NCBI GenBank assembly: GCA_016715195.1
Contig: JADKBB010000005.1
Coordinates: 30,053-94,052 of the forward strand
Direction: 5' to 3'
Length of the DNA: 64,000 nucleotides
DNA from: Candidatus Villigracilis proximus
GTDB lineage: Bacteria; Chloroflexota; Anaerolineae; Anaerolineales; Villigracilaceae
Position numbers and translations under genes: made by a program. Each line of letters opens with the position of its first letter. Position 1 is the stretch's first letter. Below the pieces are notes generated by a model. The model ran no database searches. It was not told where the DNA came from and saw only the letters and a program-made list of their open reading frames with translations. Positions 39,101 through 49,895 of the stretch are shown piece by piece.

Positions 39101-41344
39101 TCATCGCGGGTTTCTGTCCCATAGTTTAACAACTGCCCAAACAGCGTAATCATATGGAGACGGGTCTAGTGATTCCACTTCGAGCCTGAATTGGTATACA
39201 CCTTTTTGGATGCTAACTTGTTTAATGGTGTTTATCGGCTTGTCTCCAAACTTGTAAAACTCCTCAAGCATCAACCTGTCGTTGATGTATATCCTGAATA
39301 CAGCGCCTTCTGTCGATTCAATAAAAATATCCTTGTATCCAGCTTGTAGTTCCAAATATCCGTTGGGCGCGGACTGGTCAATGCTGACCTTTTCGTAGTT
39401 GCCGAATACTTTGAAGTAATCAAAATATGGATAGGTCAATAGCACCCGTTTTTGAATGTTTCCGTTCATTAAGGTTACATTTGGTTCCCAGCCTACATAA
39501 TTATTCTCGCTTTTGGCCATATAGGTTTCCGGGTCAGGAGAGACTGGCTCGAAAAAAAATGTCAGATCGTTTTCGAATTCGCCATCGCTGTTCTTTGTGT
39601 AATTGAACCAATACGCTTCGTCCGCGTGGTCAATAAAATCATAAAGCAATACCGGTACAGGTGTGTTGGTGGGGCTTGGTGTGGAAGTTGGTGTTATGGT
39701 CGGAGATGGGGTTCTTGATGGAGTGGGGATTTTTGTGGGTGTAATATTTTGCGGAATAATAAAAGTAAAGACCAGCCAGGCCAGTGTGAGCGCGGCCGTC
39801 ATCACAACTGCTGTGCCGCATCCCCAGGATACATATTTTTTACAGCCGGAAGCATCACCTTTCAAAGGCGCGATAATTCCGTTCAGCGTGTTGATGTTAT
39901 GCTGCGTGAGTGCCTGCCCGGCTTTATCTCCAATGACTTGCCGAATATTCAGAGCTTGTGACAAAAGAGTTTTTGCTTCACTGGTGTATCCTAGATATAA
40001 GGCACGGCTTCCCAGTTGGTGAAGTGCCCATGCTTGCACTTGGCTGTCGTTCAATGCTTTTGCAGCAGTGAGGATCAAATTTAAAATATCAGACCATGTT
40101 TGCCAGCGTTTGTAAAGAATCATGAACTTCTCAAGCGCACGGCCAAGTTGGATCACTTCGCGCCATTTCTTTCTTTCACCGGCATTCTTGATCGTGTGGA
40201 TTAAGAGCCCGCTCGATTCTTCCACTAAAGCTGAAGCTGGCTGCTGACCTAGCCAATTAATCGCGTAGTTTAGCAGGACATCCTGCCAGGAGGTAATTTC
40301 CCACGCACTGGTAATTGAGGACACAAGCGCATCGTTTATGCTGTAGCGTGGACTGTGTGACTGGACAAGCCCGAGCTTGATCAGCTTTTGTAGATTCTCC
40401 TGTTCTTTTCCACTCTTGAGAATCCCCGTTACATGTTGCAACGGAACGATATTTCCGCCGGCCGCTGCCAGCAGCGCGAGGATTTGTTTCTCCGAGTCGC
40501 TCAGGTTTGCCATGCCCATGTAGACCATGGACCTGTTTTCTTCCCTTTCGTTCTTTACTTCATTGAGGAGGTGTTCGATTGGCTTTCCGCTGTCTCTGGC
40601 GAGTGAGGCGGCTTGTAAAATCTGAAGCGGATTTCCCTGTAGTACAGAGCAAATTGCAGCAGCAGCCGCCTTTTCCTGCTCATTCAATGCACGGGATAAC
40701 TCCTTCTCAAAAAGTTTGAAAGCCTCACTTTCTGGCAGCCCGCGCAATGGAACAATCTCACCTTCGCCCCACAGGCTGCGCTCGATGGAGGAAAAGATAA
40801 AAAGGGAATTGGGTGCTGCGTTCAAAATGGAGGCGGCTTCGTCCCGCCCGATTTGCAGATCGTCCAGAAATATAAGAGCCTTTATGCTTTGCAGTTCGCG
40901 AAGGATTTCTGTTGTTGAAGGTTTGTAGGATGCGCCGCTATCAAAAAAGGAATCGAACAAGGCCTGGAGTAGATCTTCATATCCAAGCCCGGATGCGTTG
41001 AGATAAATCGTACCGCTTGTAAAATTACTTGTGTCGAGTGTGTGGGTCAGGTGACGAATAAAAGACGTCTTCCCGATACCGTCCTGTCCCCAAATGGAAA
41101 CGGGACTGGAAAACTGTGTCGCCTTTTTGATGGCTTCAAATTCGTATTCACGGTCAATCAGGGATGGGAAGTCGCGCGGCTTTATTGTCACTGGTGCGGT
41201 GCGCGCTGAATATTTTGGCTTATCAGAGGGCTTGATGATGTTAACGATACCGCCATTAACATCCCCGATCTTGACGACATAATTATCGTTTCCGAACACC
41301 ATTACGCTGTCTGTTACATTACCGCCGATGGATACATTTGCCAC
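39101..41344 (-). CDS. STAND/NB-ARC-like ATPase + wHTH + TPR + TM + Pro/Thr linker + C-terminal beta domain
   Basis: LIDRE, Walker A GQDGIGKT, Walker B IFLDD, GNPL, TPR WALHQLG...QALNIRQVIGD, TM near aa 510-530. Confidence 0.8.
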   Translation of the reverse strand: MANVSIGGNVTDSVMVFGNDNYVVKIGDVNGGIVNIIKPSDKPKYSARTAPVTIKPRDFPSLIDREYEFEAIKKATQFSSPVSIWGQDGIGKTSFIRHLTHTLDTSNFTSGTIYLNASGLGYEDLLQALFDSFFDSGASYKPSTTEILRELQSIKALIFLDDLQIGRDEAASILNAAPNSLFIFSSIERSLWGEGEIVPLRGLPESEAFKLFEKELSRALNEQEKAAAAAICSVLQGNPLQILQAASLARDSGKPIEHLLNEVKNEREENRSMVYMGMANLSDSEKQILALLAAAGGNIVPLQHVTGILKSGKEQENLQKLIKLGLVQSHSPRYSINDALVSSITSAWEITSWQDVLLNYAINWLGQQPASALVEESSGLLIHTIKNAGERKKWREVIQLGRALEKFMILYKRWQTWSDILNLILTAAKALNDSQVQAWALHQLGSRALYLGYTSEAKTLLSQALNIRQVIGDKAGQALTQHNINTLNGIIAPLKGDASGCKKYVSWGCGTAVVMTAALTLAWLVFTFIIPQNITPTKIPTPSRTPSPTITPTSTPSPTNTPVPVLLYDFIDHADEAYWFNYTKNSDGEFENDLTFFFEPVSPDPETYMAKSENNYVGWEPNVTLMNGNIQKRVLLTYPYFDYFKVFGNYEKVSIDQSAPNGYLELQAGYKDIFIESTEGAVFRIYINDRLMLEEFYKFGDKPINTIKQVSIQKGVYQFRLEVESLDPSPYDYAVWAVVKLWDRNPR

Positions 41345-41471
41345 ATTGACCTCTTGCTCTGAGTATTCTTGTTTATAAAAATAAGCCTGCTACTGTAAGT
41401 TGACCAATTTCCCCGTTCAACAATCATTGTGATGAATTATTATATGGTTTCCTAGCGTGGTTTGTCAATAA

Positions 41472-41507
41472 AAAATTCCCAGCGTGTTTTTTTACGCTGG
41501 GAATTTT
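41472..41507 (-). terminator. Intrinsic terminator after the PIG-L gene
   Basis: AAAATTCCCAGCGT...ACGCTGGGAATTTT. Confidence 0.65.
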
Positions 41508-41520
41508 CAAATAGGAATAT

Positions 41521-42114
41521 TTACTTTTCGAATGTGCCCACGATCCTCAAAATATCGAACCCCTCTGCAAATGGACATTGCGCCAGTGCGCCGTGACGCA
41601 CCATAATGGAACGTGTCAACTCGTTGTTGAAGTAATATCGGTCGCGGTAGGTTTCGTACTCTGCCAATGCTTCGATCTTCTTGTTCACATCCTCTTCGGT
41701 TACTTGTGCGAGAAAATTCGGAAAGAATCCATACGAAGAGCGGACTACGTCAAATCCCAGCACGGTGATGCCGCGAAACGCGCGCAGAGCTTCATCGGTC
41801 ATGGTGTTGTGATCCTGATGCACATCCTGCTTGCTGTGAGTGAAGATCAGGTCAGGTTGAAATTCTTTGCGGAGCTTTAGAAAATACTCCAAAATTTCCT
41901 GCCGTGAGTCTGGAAAGACGCGGGTTTGAAAGGTTCCAAACACCACCTTTTCTTCCGGCACGCCCAGTATTTTCATCGAGCGTATATGCTCATTCCTGAC
42001 TTGTTTTAGATCCGGATTTTTTTGATTGTCCGAAAGCGTGACGCATAACACATCCGTTTCTTTCACGATGTGATGTAACAACGCACCGCATCCCAGCTCA
42101 ATATCATCAGGAAC
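41521..42114 (-). CDS. PIG-L/LmbE-family deacetylase, N-terminus missing
   Basis: PDDIELGCG without the preceding H and first strand; DVHQDH. Confidence 0.7.
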   Translation of the reverse strand, partial: VPDDIELGCGALLHHIVKETDVLCVTLSDNQKNPDLKQVRNEHIRSMKILGVPEEKVVFGTFQTRVFPDSRQEILEYFLKLRKEFQPDLIFTHSKQDVHQDHNTMTDEALRAFRGITVLGFDVVRSSYGFFPNFLAQVTEEDVNKKIEALAEYETYRDRYYFNNELTRSIMVRHGALAQCPFAEGFDILRIVGTFEK

Positions 42115-42850
42115 CACTTCTTTGCCACGGCTTCGATCTTGCCGATCAGGGCTTCGTATTCATCCGGCCCGTTGAACATGGAAGTCCACAGTTTGCGGTC
42201 TTCACCTAATGAAGCGCGGACATAGTCAATGAACGGCGCAACTTCAGGGAAGGTGAGGTGATTCTCGAATTTATGCAATTCGGTTTTGGCGAAGATCTTG
42301 CTGATGGTGTTGAAGATGTCACCTTTGAAGCGTGAGGAACCGGGCATGGGCGGAATGGCCGCGCCGGTGGCTTCCTTGATGATGTCGTAGAACATTTGCT
42401 TGTTTTCAGGCAATGGCCCGGAGACAAAAAGCCGTCCGCCAGAGTTCATACCCGATGAGCCTCACCAAATGTAAAGTCCAGGTCTGAGGCGTAATAGATG
42501 GCGAAGGCGCTTGTGCAAAGGTCAAATGTATTGTCTTCAAATTTGAAGGGCTGATTAAAATCCAAGAATTGAAAATCGATATTCGCGCCGACTTTCTTGT
42601 TTTTCTCGCGTGCCTTGTCGAGCAGTTCTTCAGAAAAATCTCCGCCGGTGATCTTTGCTTCGCCTTTGGTGTATTCGTTAAAAAGAAAGGATAGTTTTCC
42701 TGCACCGCAGCCCACATCGAGAATTTTCATTCCGGCTTGAGGCTTGAGCAGTTCATTTGTCCACACGTCAATATTGGCGGAGCCATATTTTTCGTGAATA
42801 TCGATGCGCATGAGCAGGTCTTTGCTGGGTTCCTGATAATCAATTTTCAT
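42115..42850 (-). CDS. Class I SAM methyltransferase; frameshift near 42448, C-terminus runs into PIG-L
   Basis: ILDVGCGAG and FEDNTFD; EAHRV joins (M)NSGGRLF. Confidence 0.7.
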
Positions 42851-42924
42851 TTGTCTCTCCTTGAAAGTAATAAAAGGATTATACCAAAAGCGCTTCAAAA
42901 TTCAATTGCTGAATTTTGAAGCCG

Positions 42925-43295
42925 CTAACGCCTGTTTTCCTGACGCCAATAGCGAATCCCTTTCCTGCGAACGGCTCATCTTTATAGCGCGGAATGATGT
43001 GCAGATGTGCGTGGAAGATATGCTGTCCGCCGACTGCGCCGCAGTTCCAGCCCAGGTTGTATCCATCGGGTTGGTGGGTTTCATCCAGTAATTTTTTTGC
43101 TTGATGAATCATGCTGTGGGTGGCACTCCACTCTTCAGGGGTGAGGTCGAAAGCCGTTTCACGATGTGCGCGCGGAATGATCAACCCCGAGCCGATTAAT
43201 ATGGTGTTTTCACGGCGCAAAAATATACAAAGGTCATTCTCAAGGATCACTTCGTTACGGTCGATCTGGTTTTCGCAAAAAGGGCAGTCATTCAT
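42925..43295 (-). CDS. HIT-family nucleotide hydrolase
   Basis: CPFC, DGYNLGWN.G..GGQ, HAHLHIIPR; probable frameshift near the 3' end (GIRYW frame). Confidence 0.88.
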
Positions 43296-43345
43296 TTTTA
43301 TTTCTCCTTGAAATCTCATGATAGAATTCGCGCACTGGAGTCACT

Positions 43346-44615
43346 ATGGCGAGCAAAATACAATCTGTAAAAGGCACAAGAGAATTTTATCCCGAAGAAA
43401 TGGCTTTGCGTAATTTCATTTACGAAAAAGTTGGCGCAGCCGCGCGTTCTTTCGGCTATCAAGAATGGGACGCGCCCTTCATTGAATCAATCGATCTTTA
43501 TGCGGCGAAATCCGGCGAAGAACTTGTCAAGCAATCGTTCACTTTCACCGATCGCGGCGGAGATTTTGTCACATTGCGCCCTGAGCTCACGCCGAGTCTG
43601 GCGCGTATGATCGCGGCCAAACAGGGCGAGTTGACCTTTCCTGTGCGCTGGTGGTCGTTTGGTCCGTTCTGGCGTTATGAGCAGCCCCAAAAGGGACGCA
43701 CCCGCGAATTCTTCCAGTGGAATATTGACATGCTCGGAGTCAGCTCGCCGGAAGCGGATGCGGAATTAATAGCGGTCGGTGCCACATTCCTGCGCTCGGT
43801 CGGACTTAATCCCGAGCAGGCTACCATTTATGTGAATAATCGGCGGCTGATGGATTCTGAATTCGATGCATTAGGTATCGCTGTCGAAAAGCGCATGGAT
43901 GTTTCCAATTTGGTAGATCGCCGCTCCAAGATGGAACCCGCCAAATGGGACACATATGCGCTTGAACTTGGCTTGAATCAAACTCAACTCGATGGTTTGA
44001 AAAATATCCTCGGTAATTTTGACCTGTGGAAAAACAGTGACGAACTTGTGCGTTTATTTGCCGCACTCGAAGCCCTGGGTGTCAAAGACTATGTCAAGTT
44101 TGATCCCAACATCATGCGCGGACTTTTGTATTACACCGGCACGGTCTTTGAAGCCTTTGATACCAGCGGTTCTGTCAAACGCGCCATCCTCGGCGGCGGA
44201 CGGTACGATAATCTGCTTGCAGATGTCGGTGGACAGCCTCCCTCTGGCGTTGGTTTTGCCATGGGCGATGTGGTGATGGGAATTGTCCTGAGAGAAAGAG
44301 GACTATTACCTGAATTTATTCCCAGCCCCGCGCCTGTACTTGTTACGATCTTTGACGAGAGTCTTTTGCGCGAATCTTATGCTTTGGCAGCTGAGTTGCG
44401 TGCTGCCGGTTTGAAAGGTTTTGTGCTATCCCGAACCTGCCAAACTGCAAAAGCAATTCAAATTTGCAGATAAGATGAAAGTCAGCGTGGTGGTCACTGT
44501 CGGGCCGGATGAGGCGGCGAATGCTCAGGTGGCGGTGAAAAATTTGATTAATGGCGAGCAGGTTACAGTTAAGCGCGAAGCGGCGGCTGAAGTCATCCGC
44601 AAAATTATTGGGTGA
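43346..44615 (+). CDS. hisS: Histidine--tRNA ligase; frameshift near 44420 is a probable error
   Basis: VKGTREF, LRPELTP, RYEQPQKGRTREF, RGLLYYTG, GGGRYD; anticodon-binding tail KQFKFAD...VGPDE in the next frame. Confidence 0.93.
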
Positions 44616-44619
44616 GTCT

Positions 44620-45084
44620 ATGTCTGTTGAATTGCGTCCTGTTACTGCTGAAAATTGGGAGGCGTTGATTAAACTGCAAGTTCGCGAAGATCAGCGTGGA
44701 TTTGTAGCCTCCAACGTCTACTCAATTGCTGAAGCACAATTTGGTTTTGAAGATGAAGGCCATTGGGATTTTTATCCTTTTGGTGTTTATGCAGATGGAG
44801 AGCCGGTTGGCTTCCTCATGTATTGTTTGAATTTTGCACATTCCCGTTTTCAGGGATTTGTTATACGTTTAATGGTGGATGAACGTTTTCAAGGCAAAGG
44901 TTACGGGCGGGCGGCGATGGAGCAGGCGCTTGAAATATTGCGCGCCGATGAGCGAATTCTTCAGGTGGGGATTAGCTACGAGCCGCATAATAAGGCCGCC
45001 CAGGCTTTGTATGCCAGTTTGGGGTTTGTTGAACCGGGTGAATTGATGGACGGCGAGACTTTGGCAATTTTGAAATTGCGCTAA
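44620..45084 (+). CDS. GNAT acetyltransferase (spermidine acetyltransferase-like)
   Basis: RLMVDERFQGKGYG and N..A..LY..LGF. Confidence 0.88.
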   Translation: MSVELRPVTAENWEALIKLQVREDQRGFVASNVYSIAEAQFGFEDEGHWDFYPFGVYADGEPVGFLMYCLNFAHSRFQGFVIRLMVDERFQGKGYGRAAMEQALEILRADERILQVGISYEPHNKAAQALYASLGFVEPGELMDGETLAILKLR

Positions 45085-45132
45085 GGTTTCTTGAACAAAA
45101 AAATCATTCTATGATAAAATACTGCTCGCTAT

Positions 45133-45208
45133 GGAGCCTGTAGCTCAACGGCAGAGCGCTACACTGTGGCTGTAGATGTTGAGGGTTCGAAACCCTTCAG
45201 GCTCCCCA
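45133..45208 (+). tRNA. tRNA-His (GTG) with G-1 and encoded CCA
   Basis: Acceptor G-GAGCCTG/CAGGCTC-C-CCA, D arm GCTC..GAGC, anticodon arm CTACA-CTGTGGC-TGTAG, T loop TTCGAAA. Confidence 0.97.
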
Positions 45209-45214
45209 ATCCCC

Positions 45215-45246
45215 AGACCCTAAAGGCTTCAAAACCTTTAGGGTCT
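45215..45246. repeat. Hairpin after the tRNA (terminator or REP-like)
   Basis: AGACCCTAAAGG-cttcaaaa-CCTTTAGGGTCT. Confidence 0.55.
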
Positions 45247-45266
45247 TATGGTAGTAAAATAAAAAT

Positions 45267-46691
45267 ATGCCTAAAACCATCAATGTTCTTTTCCTTGCAG
45301 CGGAAGCTGAGCCTTTTATCAAAGTGGGGGGATTAGGCGATGTGGCTGGTTCTCTCCCTCGCGCATTGCGCGCCCTTTCCAATGAAGATATAAAACTCGA
45401 TGTGCGGCTTGTTTTGCCGTATCACCCCGCTGTAAAAGCGGATAACCTCAAGCCGTTAGGGATGTTTTCGCTTGTGCGCGGCGCGGCCGAGATTCAAGTG
45501 GAAGCATTTGAAACCGTGCTGCATGGTATGCCGGTTTACTTTATCGGCGGAGAGCCGATCCGCGCGAATGGCTCGGTCTATTCGCTTGATGCGAACCTCG
45601 ACGCAGAAAAATACGCTTTCTTCTCCTTTGCTGCGCTGGAGTTGACAAGACAGATCAACTGGGCACCTGATGTCATTCACGGCAATGATTGGCACACTGC
45701 TTTGAGTATGTACGCCTCGCTGACAAAACGCTGGGAGGAAGGTTCCCGTCACGTGGCATCTGTGCTTACGCTGCACAACCTTCCTTTTATGGGACCGAAT
45801 GTTAGCGAGATCGTAGAGAGTTATGGGCTGAAACTCGCGCAGACAGATTTGCCTGATTGGGCACGCGTCATGCCTCTGCCTTTGGGGCTTTGGGCATCTG
45901 ATGCGATCGTGGCTGTCTCGCCGACCTATGGCAAGGAAATCCTCACACAAGAATACGGCTGCGGACTGGATGAATTCCTGCGTTCTCGTGGCGAGTCTGT
46001 CAGCGGCATTTTAAATGGACTGGACACAGCTTCTTTTAATCCCGCAGATGATACAGCTCTAGGTGTTAATTTTGATATCAACACTTTGGAAAAACGTGCC
46101 GCGAACAAAGGTCTGTTACAGGAAAGACTCGGTTTGCCGCGTGAGCCTGAAACACCTTTGCTGGCAATGGTTTCCCGCATGGATGTGCAAAAAGGTGTTG
46201 ACCTTGTTTTCGCCGCGCTGAAGAACATGAAGAAATCCAATTGGCAGGCGATCATCCTGGGAACGGGCGATCCCAAATTGGAAGAAGCCGCCATGAAATT
46301 ACAGGAACTGTTTCCTGAGCGGGTCAAAGTGGAAACTCGTTATGATGCCGGCCTCGCTCGTCAAATTTACGCAGGCTCAGATATGTTCTTGATGCCCTCA
46401 CGCTACGAGCCCTGCGGACTTTCACAAATGATCTCCATGCGTTACGGCTGCGTTCCGATTGTCCGCGCAGCAGGCGGGTTGAACGATACAGTTATTCATA
46501 ACAAGACCGGTTTCGTTTTTGAAAAAATTCATCATATGTCTTTAGTGGCAGCCATTAATTCCGCGTTCAAAGTATATGCAGAACGTGAACAATGGCAGGC
46601 CATTCAACGCGCAGGCATGGCTCAGGATCTTTCCTGGGAAAGCTCCGCGAAAAAATATCTCGAACTCTATCAATCCATTATCAAATCATGA
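45267..46691 (+). CDS. glgA: Glycogen synthase
   Basis: KVGGLGDV, HGNDWHT, QKGVDL, PSRYEPCGL. Confidence 0.95.
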   Translation: MPKTINVLFLAAEAEPFIKVGGLGDVAGSLPRALRALSNEDIKLDVRLVLPYHPAVKADNLKPLGMFSLVRGAAEIQVEAFETVLHGMPVYFIGGEPIRANGSVYSLDANLDAEKYAFFSFAALELTRQINWAPDVIHGNDWHTALSMYASLTKRWEEGSRHVASVLTLHNLPFMGPNVSEIVESYGLKLAQTDLPDWARVMPLPLGLWASDAIVAVSPTYGKEILTQEYGCGLDEFLRSRGESVSGILNGLDTASFNPADDTALGVNFDINTLEKRAANKGLLQERLGLPREPETPLLAMVSRMDVQKGVDLVFAALKNMKKSNWQAIILGTGDPKLEEAAMKLQELFPERVKVETRYDAGLARQIYAGSDMFLMPSRYEPCGLSQMISMRYGCVPIVRAAGGLNDTVIHNKTGFVFEKIHHMSLVAAINSAFKVYAEREQWQAIQRAGMAQDLSWESSAKKYLELYQSIIKS

Positions 46692-48190
46692 CCTTCAAAC
46701 GCTCCTCTGGAATTCTCCTTCATCCCTCCAGCCTGCCAAGCCCCTATGGTATCGGTGACCTCGGCCCGCAGGCATTTCGTTTTGTAGACTGGCTCTCATC
46801 CACTGGCTGCAAACTCTGGCAGGTGCTTCCGCTTGGCCCCACCGGCTATGGCGATTCGCCTTATCAATGTTTTTCCGCCTTCGCTGGGAATCCATATCTA
46901 ATCAGCCTCGATGATCTTTTTGCTGATGGCTTATTGACTCAGGAAGATTTAAACGGGATGAAAGACCTGCCCGCATCTCACGTGGACTTTGGCCTGCTCA
47001 TTCCCCGCAAGCTTGATCTTTTACAAAAGGCATTTTCCACCTACCAATCCCAGCCCGAACAGTTACGCCCGGCCTTTGATTATTTCTGCGCTGAAAACGC
47101 TTCCTGGCTTGATGATTACACTCTCTTCATGGCTCTCAAAGAATCCAACGGCGGCGGCTCGTGGAGCGGATGGCCTGAACCATTGCGTTCCCGCAAGAAG
47201 ACCGCTCTTCGCAAAGCACAAAGTGAACTTGCTGAAACGATCATGCGTTATGCGTTCTATCAATTTATCTTTTTCCGCCAGTGGAATAAATTGCGCGCCT
47301 ATGCAAATGAACGCAGCATTCAGATCATTGGTGACCTTCCCATTTTTGTCGCCAACGACTCTGCAGATGTTTGGGCTCACCCTGAATTATTTTATGGATA
47401 AAGCCGGCAACCTGACCGTTGTGGCGGGCGTCCCGCCTGATGGTTTTTCCGCTACCGGACAGTTATGGGGTAATCCGCTCTACAATTGGGAAGTCCATAA
47501 AAAAGATGGCTACGCCTGGTGGTTGACCCGTGTGCGTTCCTCTTTGCAGATATTTGATATTTTGCGCTTTGACCATTTCCGTGGTTTCGCTGGTTATTAT
47601 GAAATCCCAGCCGACCATAAGACTGCCGAATTTGGACGCTGGGTTACCGGTCCCGGCAAGGATTTATTCCGCGCCATTGATAAACACCTCGGCGACGGCT
47701 TGGTCACTCCCGGCACCGGACTGCCCTTTATCGCTGAAGACCTGGGTTTGGTCACGCCGGATGTGATCGAACTGCTTGAGGCTTTCAACCTGCCCGGAAT
47801 GAAAGTACTGCAATTCGGATTCTCCGGGCCGGATAATCCCTTCCTGCCTCATAATTACGTTCCTAATTGCGTGGCCTATACCGGCACACATGACAATGAC
47901 ACCGCACGCGGTTGGTTTGCCGCGGCCGAACCACATGAGCGCGAATTCGCTCAACGTTATCTGCGCGTTGATGGAAGTGACTTTGCATGGGACCTGATCC
48001 GCGCGGTGTGGGGTCGTCGCTGATATTGCGATCACTCCCATGCAGGATCTACTAAACTGCGGCGGAGAAGCCCGCATGAACTTCCCGAGTAAATTGGGTG
48101 GCAACTGGGAATGGAGAATGCGGGAGGAAGATATGAATGATGGTCTTGCCGGCGGATTACGTGAGTTGAACTGGTTGTACTTTGAGATAA
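46688..48190 (+). CDS. malQ: 4-alpha-glucanotransferase (amylomaltase); frameshifts near 47395 and 48015
   Basis: RSSGILLHPSSLP, GVPPD.FS.TGQLWGNP, RFDHFRG, AEDLG, YTGTHDND, RMNFP...NWEWR. Confidence 0.92.
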
Positions 48191-48191
48191 T

Positions 48192-48222
48192 AAAAAGACG
48201 CCCTCAAATGAGGCGTCTTTTT
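48192..48222. terminator. Bidirectional terminator
   Basis: AAAAAGACGCC-ctcaaatga-GGCGTCTTTTT. Confidence 0.75.
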
Positions 48223-48404
48223 TATTTAAAAATAACCACAGATGAATAAGATCAACACAGAAGGTAAAAGGATTCTTATCAAAATCAATGTAATTTTATC
48301 CAGCCCCAAAAGCTGGCAAAGGTTTTATAGCGTTCCGTCCTAATTTTAAAACTGCAGGTTACTAGTCAAGAAAATCCCCATCTTTTTACCTGTGTTTACC
48401 GCAC

Positions 48405-48927
48405 TTAAATTAAACTGCTGATTTTTAATATCCTAACCTCAGGCGTAAGTGTTTGTTCAATCGCGGGCTGACTTTGTATCTTCCGCACAACATCCATGCC
48501 GCTGATTACTCTTCCAAAAGCGGCAAATCCCTGACCGTCGGGATTGCGCATGCCGCCAAAATCCAGCGCGGGTTGATCGCCGATGCAAATAAAGAATTCA
48601 GAAGATGCAGTGCCCGGTTCATTCCGCGCCATGGAGATGGTCCCGTCTGTGTGCAGGATTCCGGTTTGAGCAGTGGTCTCGTGCGGAATTAACGCCAACA
48701 CCTGCGGATGATCGTCCGCTTTTAGGCCGCCTTGAATCACTTCGATTTTTATTTTGTTATTCGGCTGATTATCCGCGCGGACTGTGCGATAAAAGACCGC
48801 ATCTGTAAAACGATCTTCGTCCACGTAGCGCAGAAAATTATCAACCGTGACGGGTGCCTGCTCCTGGGAAAAGCTCAAGGGTGATCTCACCGAATTCCGT
48901 ATTGATCGTAATGCGTGGATTAGTCAT
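48405..48927 (-). CDS. Cyclophilin-type PPIase; frameshift near 48870
   Basis: MTNPRITINTEFGEITLELF joins QAPVTVDNFLRYV; IQGG, SMARNEPGTASSEFFI, AFGRVISGMDVV. Confidence 0.85.
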
Positions 48928-48928
48928 C

Positions 48929-49416
48929 TTAAATCTGGACTGGTTTGTCTCGTTCAGTTAAGTTCACCACAATCGCATTGCTGGCCTTAATTAAATTTTC
49001 AGGCGTGATCATGATCTCTTCGCCCCATTGCCCTCCGCCCGTGCCGAGGATGGGTTCGTTGAGTAGACTCGCCTCAAGGAAGGATCTGAAATTAACGGGC
49101 TGCCAGCCAAAGGCGGGGATGGATCCGATAATATATCCTGTTGTTTCTTAACCACTTCCGGCGCAGCCATCTGAATATTGCGTGAACCGATGGCTTTCTT
49201 TAAATTTCCAGAGACCGCATTCTGATCGCCGCCGAGCATGACGAGCACACGCTCGCCGGTGTCCACTTGAAAGATGAGAGTTTTCATGGCTTGTCGTTCA
49301 GAGAAGCCCAAAGCATGAGCAACATTGGCTGCGCCTTTTTCTGTTTCGGGTGAAAAACTGCGTGCTTCGTAGGGAATATTTAAATTGTCGAGATGAATGT
49401 GTGAGGGGAGTTTCAT
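48929..49416 (-). CDS. YbaK/EbsC aminoacyl-tRNA deacylase; frameshift near 49148
   Basis: MKTLIFQ motif; the shifted frame gives TGYIIGSIPAFG. Confidence 0.8.
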
Positions 49417-49895
49417 AAGTTTAATCCTTTGCGTATGATGGTGAGAATATCTTGCGGGCTGTTTGTAATATCAACGATCAGTGCGTTTTCCGGTTCTTCA
49501 AGAATTTCAAATTGACTGTCCAACATGCCCGCGGACATGAAGTGACCGGGGCGGTTTTGCAGGCGTGTTTTGATCTGTTCGTAGCTTCCCTGTAGATAAA
49601 CAAATTTTACATGTTCGTTTACTTGCAGTTTGCTGCGATATGTATTCTTCAACGCCGAGCATGCCAGAACAGCTGATTTATTTTCCTGTAAATTTTCTTC
49701 GATCAATTCTCTTAAAGAAGCCAGCCAGCCTGCGCGGTCTTCATCGGTCAATGCGATGCCTTGTGACATTTTTGTGCGGTTCGATTCAGAATGAAAATCA
49801 TCTGCGTCATAAAAACTCCAATCGAGTTCTTTGGCAAGCAGTGAACCGATCGTTGTCTTTCCTGAACCCGCCACGCCCATGATAACGATCATCAT
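49413..49895 (-). CDS. gntK: Gluconokinase (GntK/IdnK type)
   Basis: GVAGSGKTT, DADDFH, LTDEDR.GW, ACSALK..YR, HFM...LDSQF. Confidence 0.92.
   Translation of the reverse strand: MMIVIMGVAGSGKTTIGSLLAKELDWSFYDADDFHSESNRTKMSQGIALTDEDRAGWLASLRELIEENLQENKSAVLACSALKNTYRSKLQVNEHVKFVYLQGSYEQIKTRLQNRPGHFMSAGMLDSQFEILEEPENALIVDITNSPQDILTIIRKGLNL

Noticed and set aside
45133-45270. tRNA-His as an integration site
   Set aside because: No integrase, no duplicated tRNA 3' end seen, and housekeeping glgA follows directly.
48225-48404. Intergenic AACCACAGATGAA.../...CTGTGTTTA remnants, and CACAAAGA/CACGAAGT repeats at ~51695-51728
   Set aside because: They look like degenerate repeat flanks but are too decayed, and enclose no ORF, to support a call.
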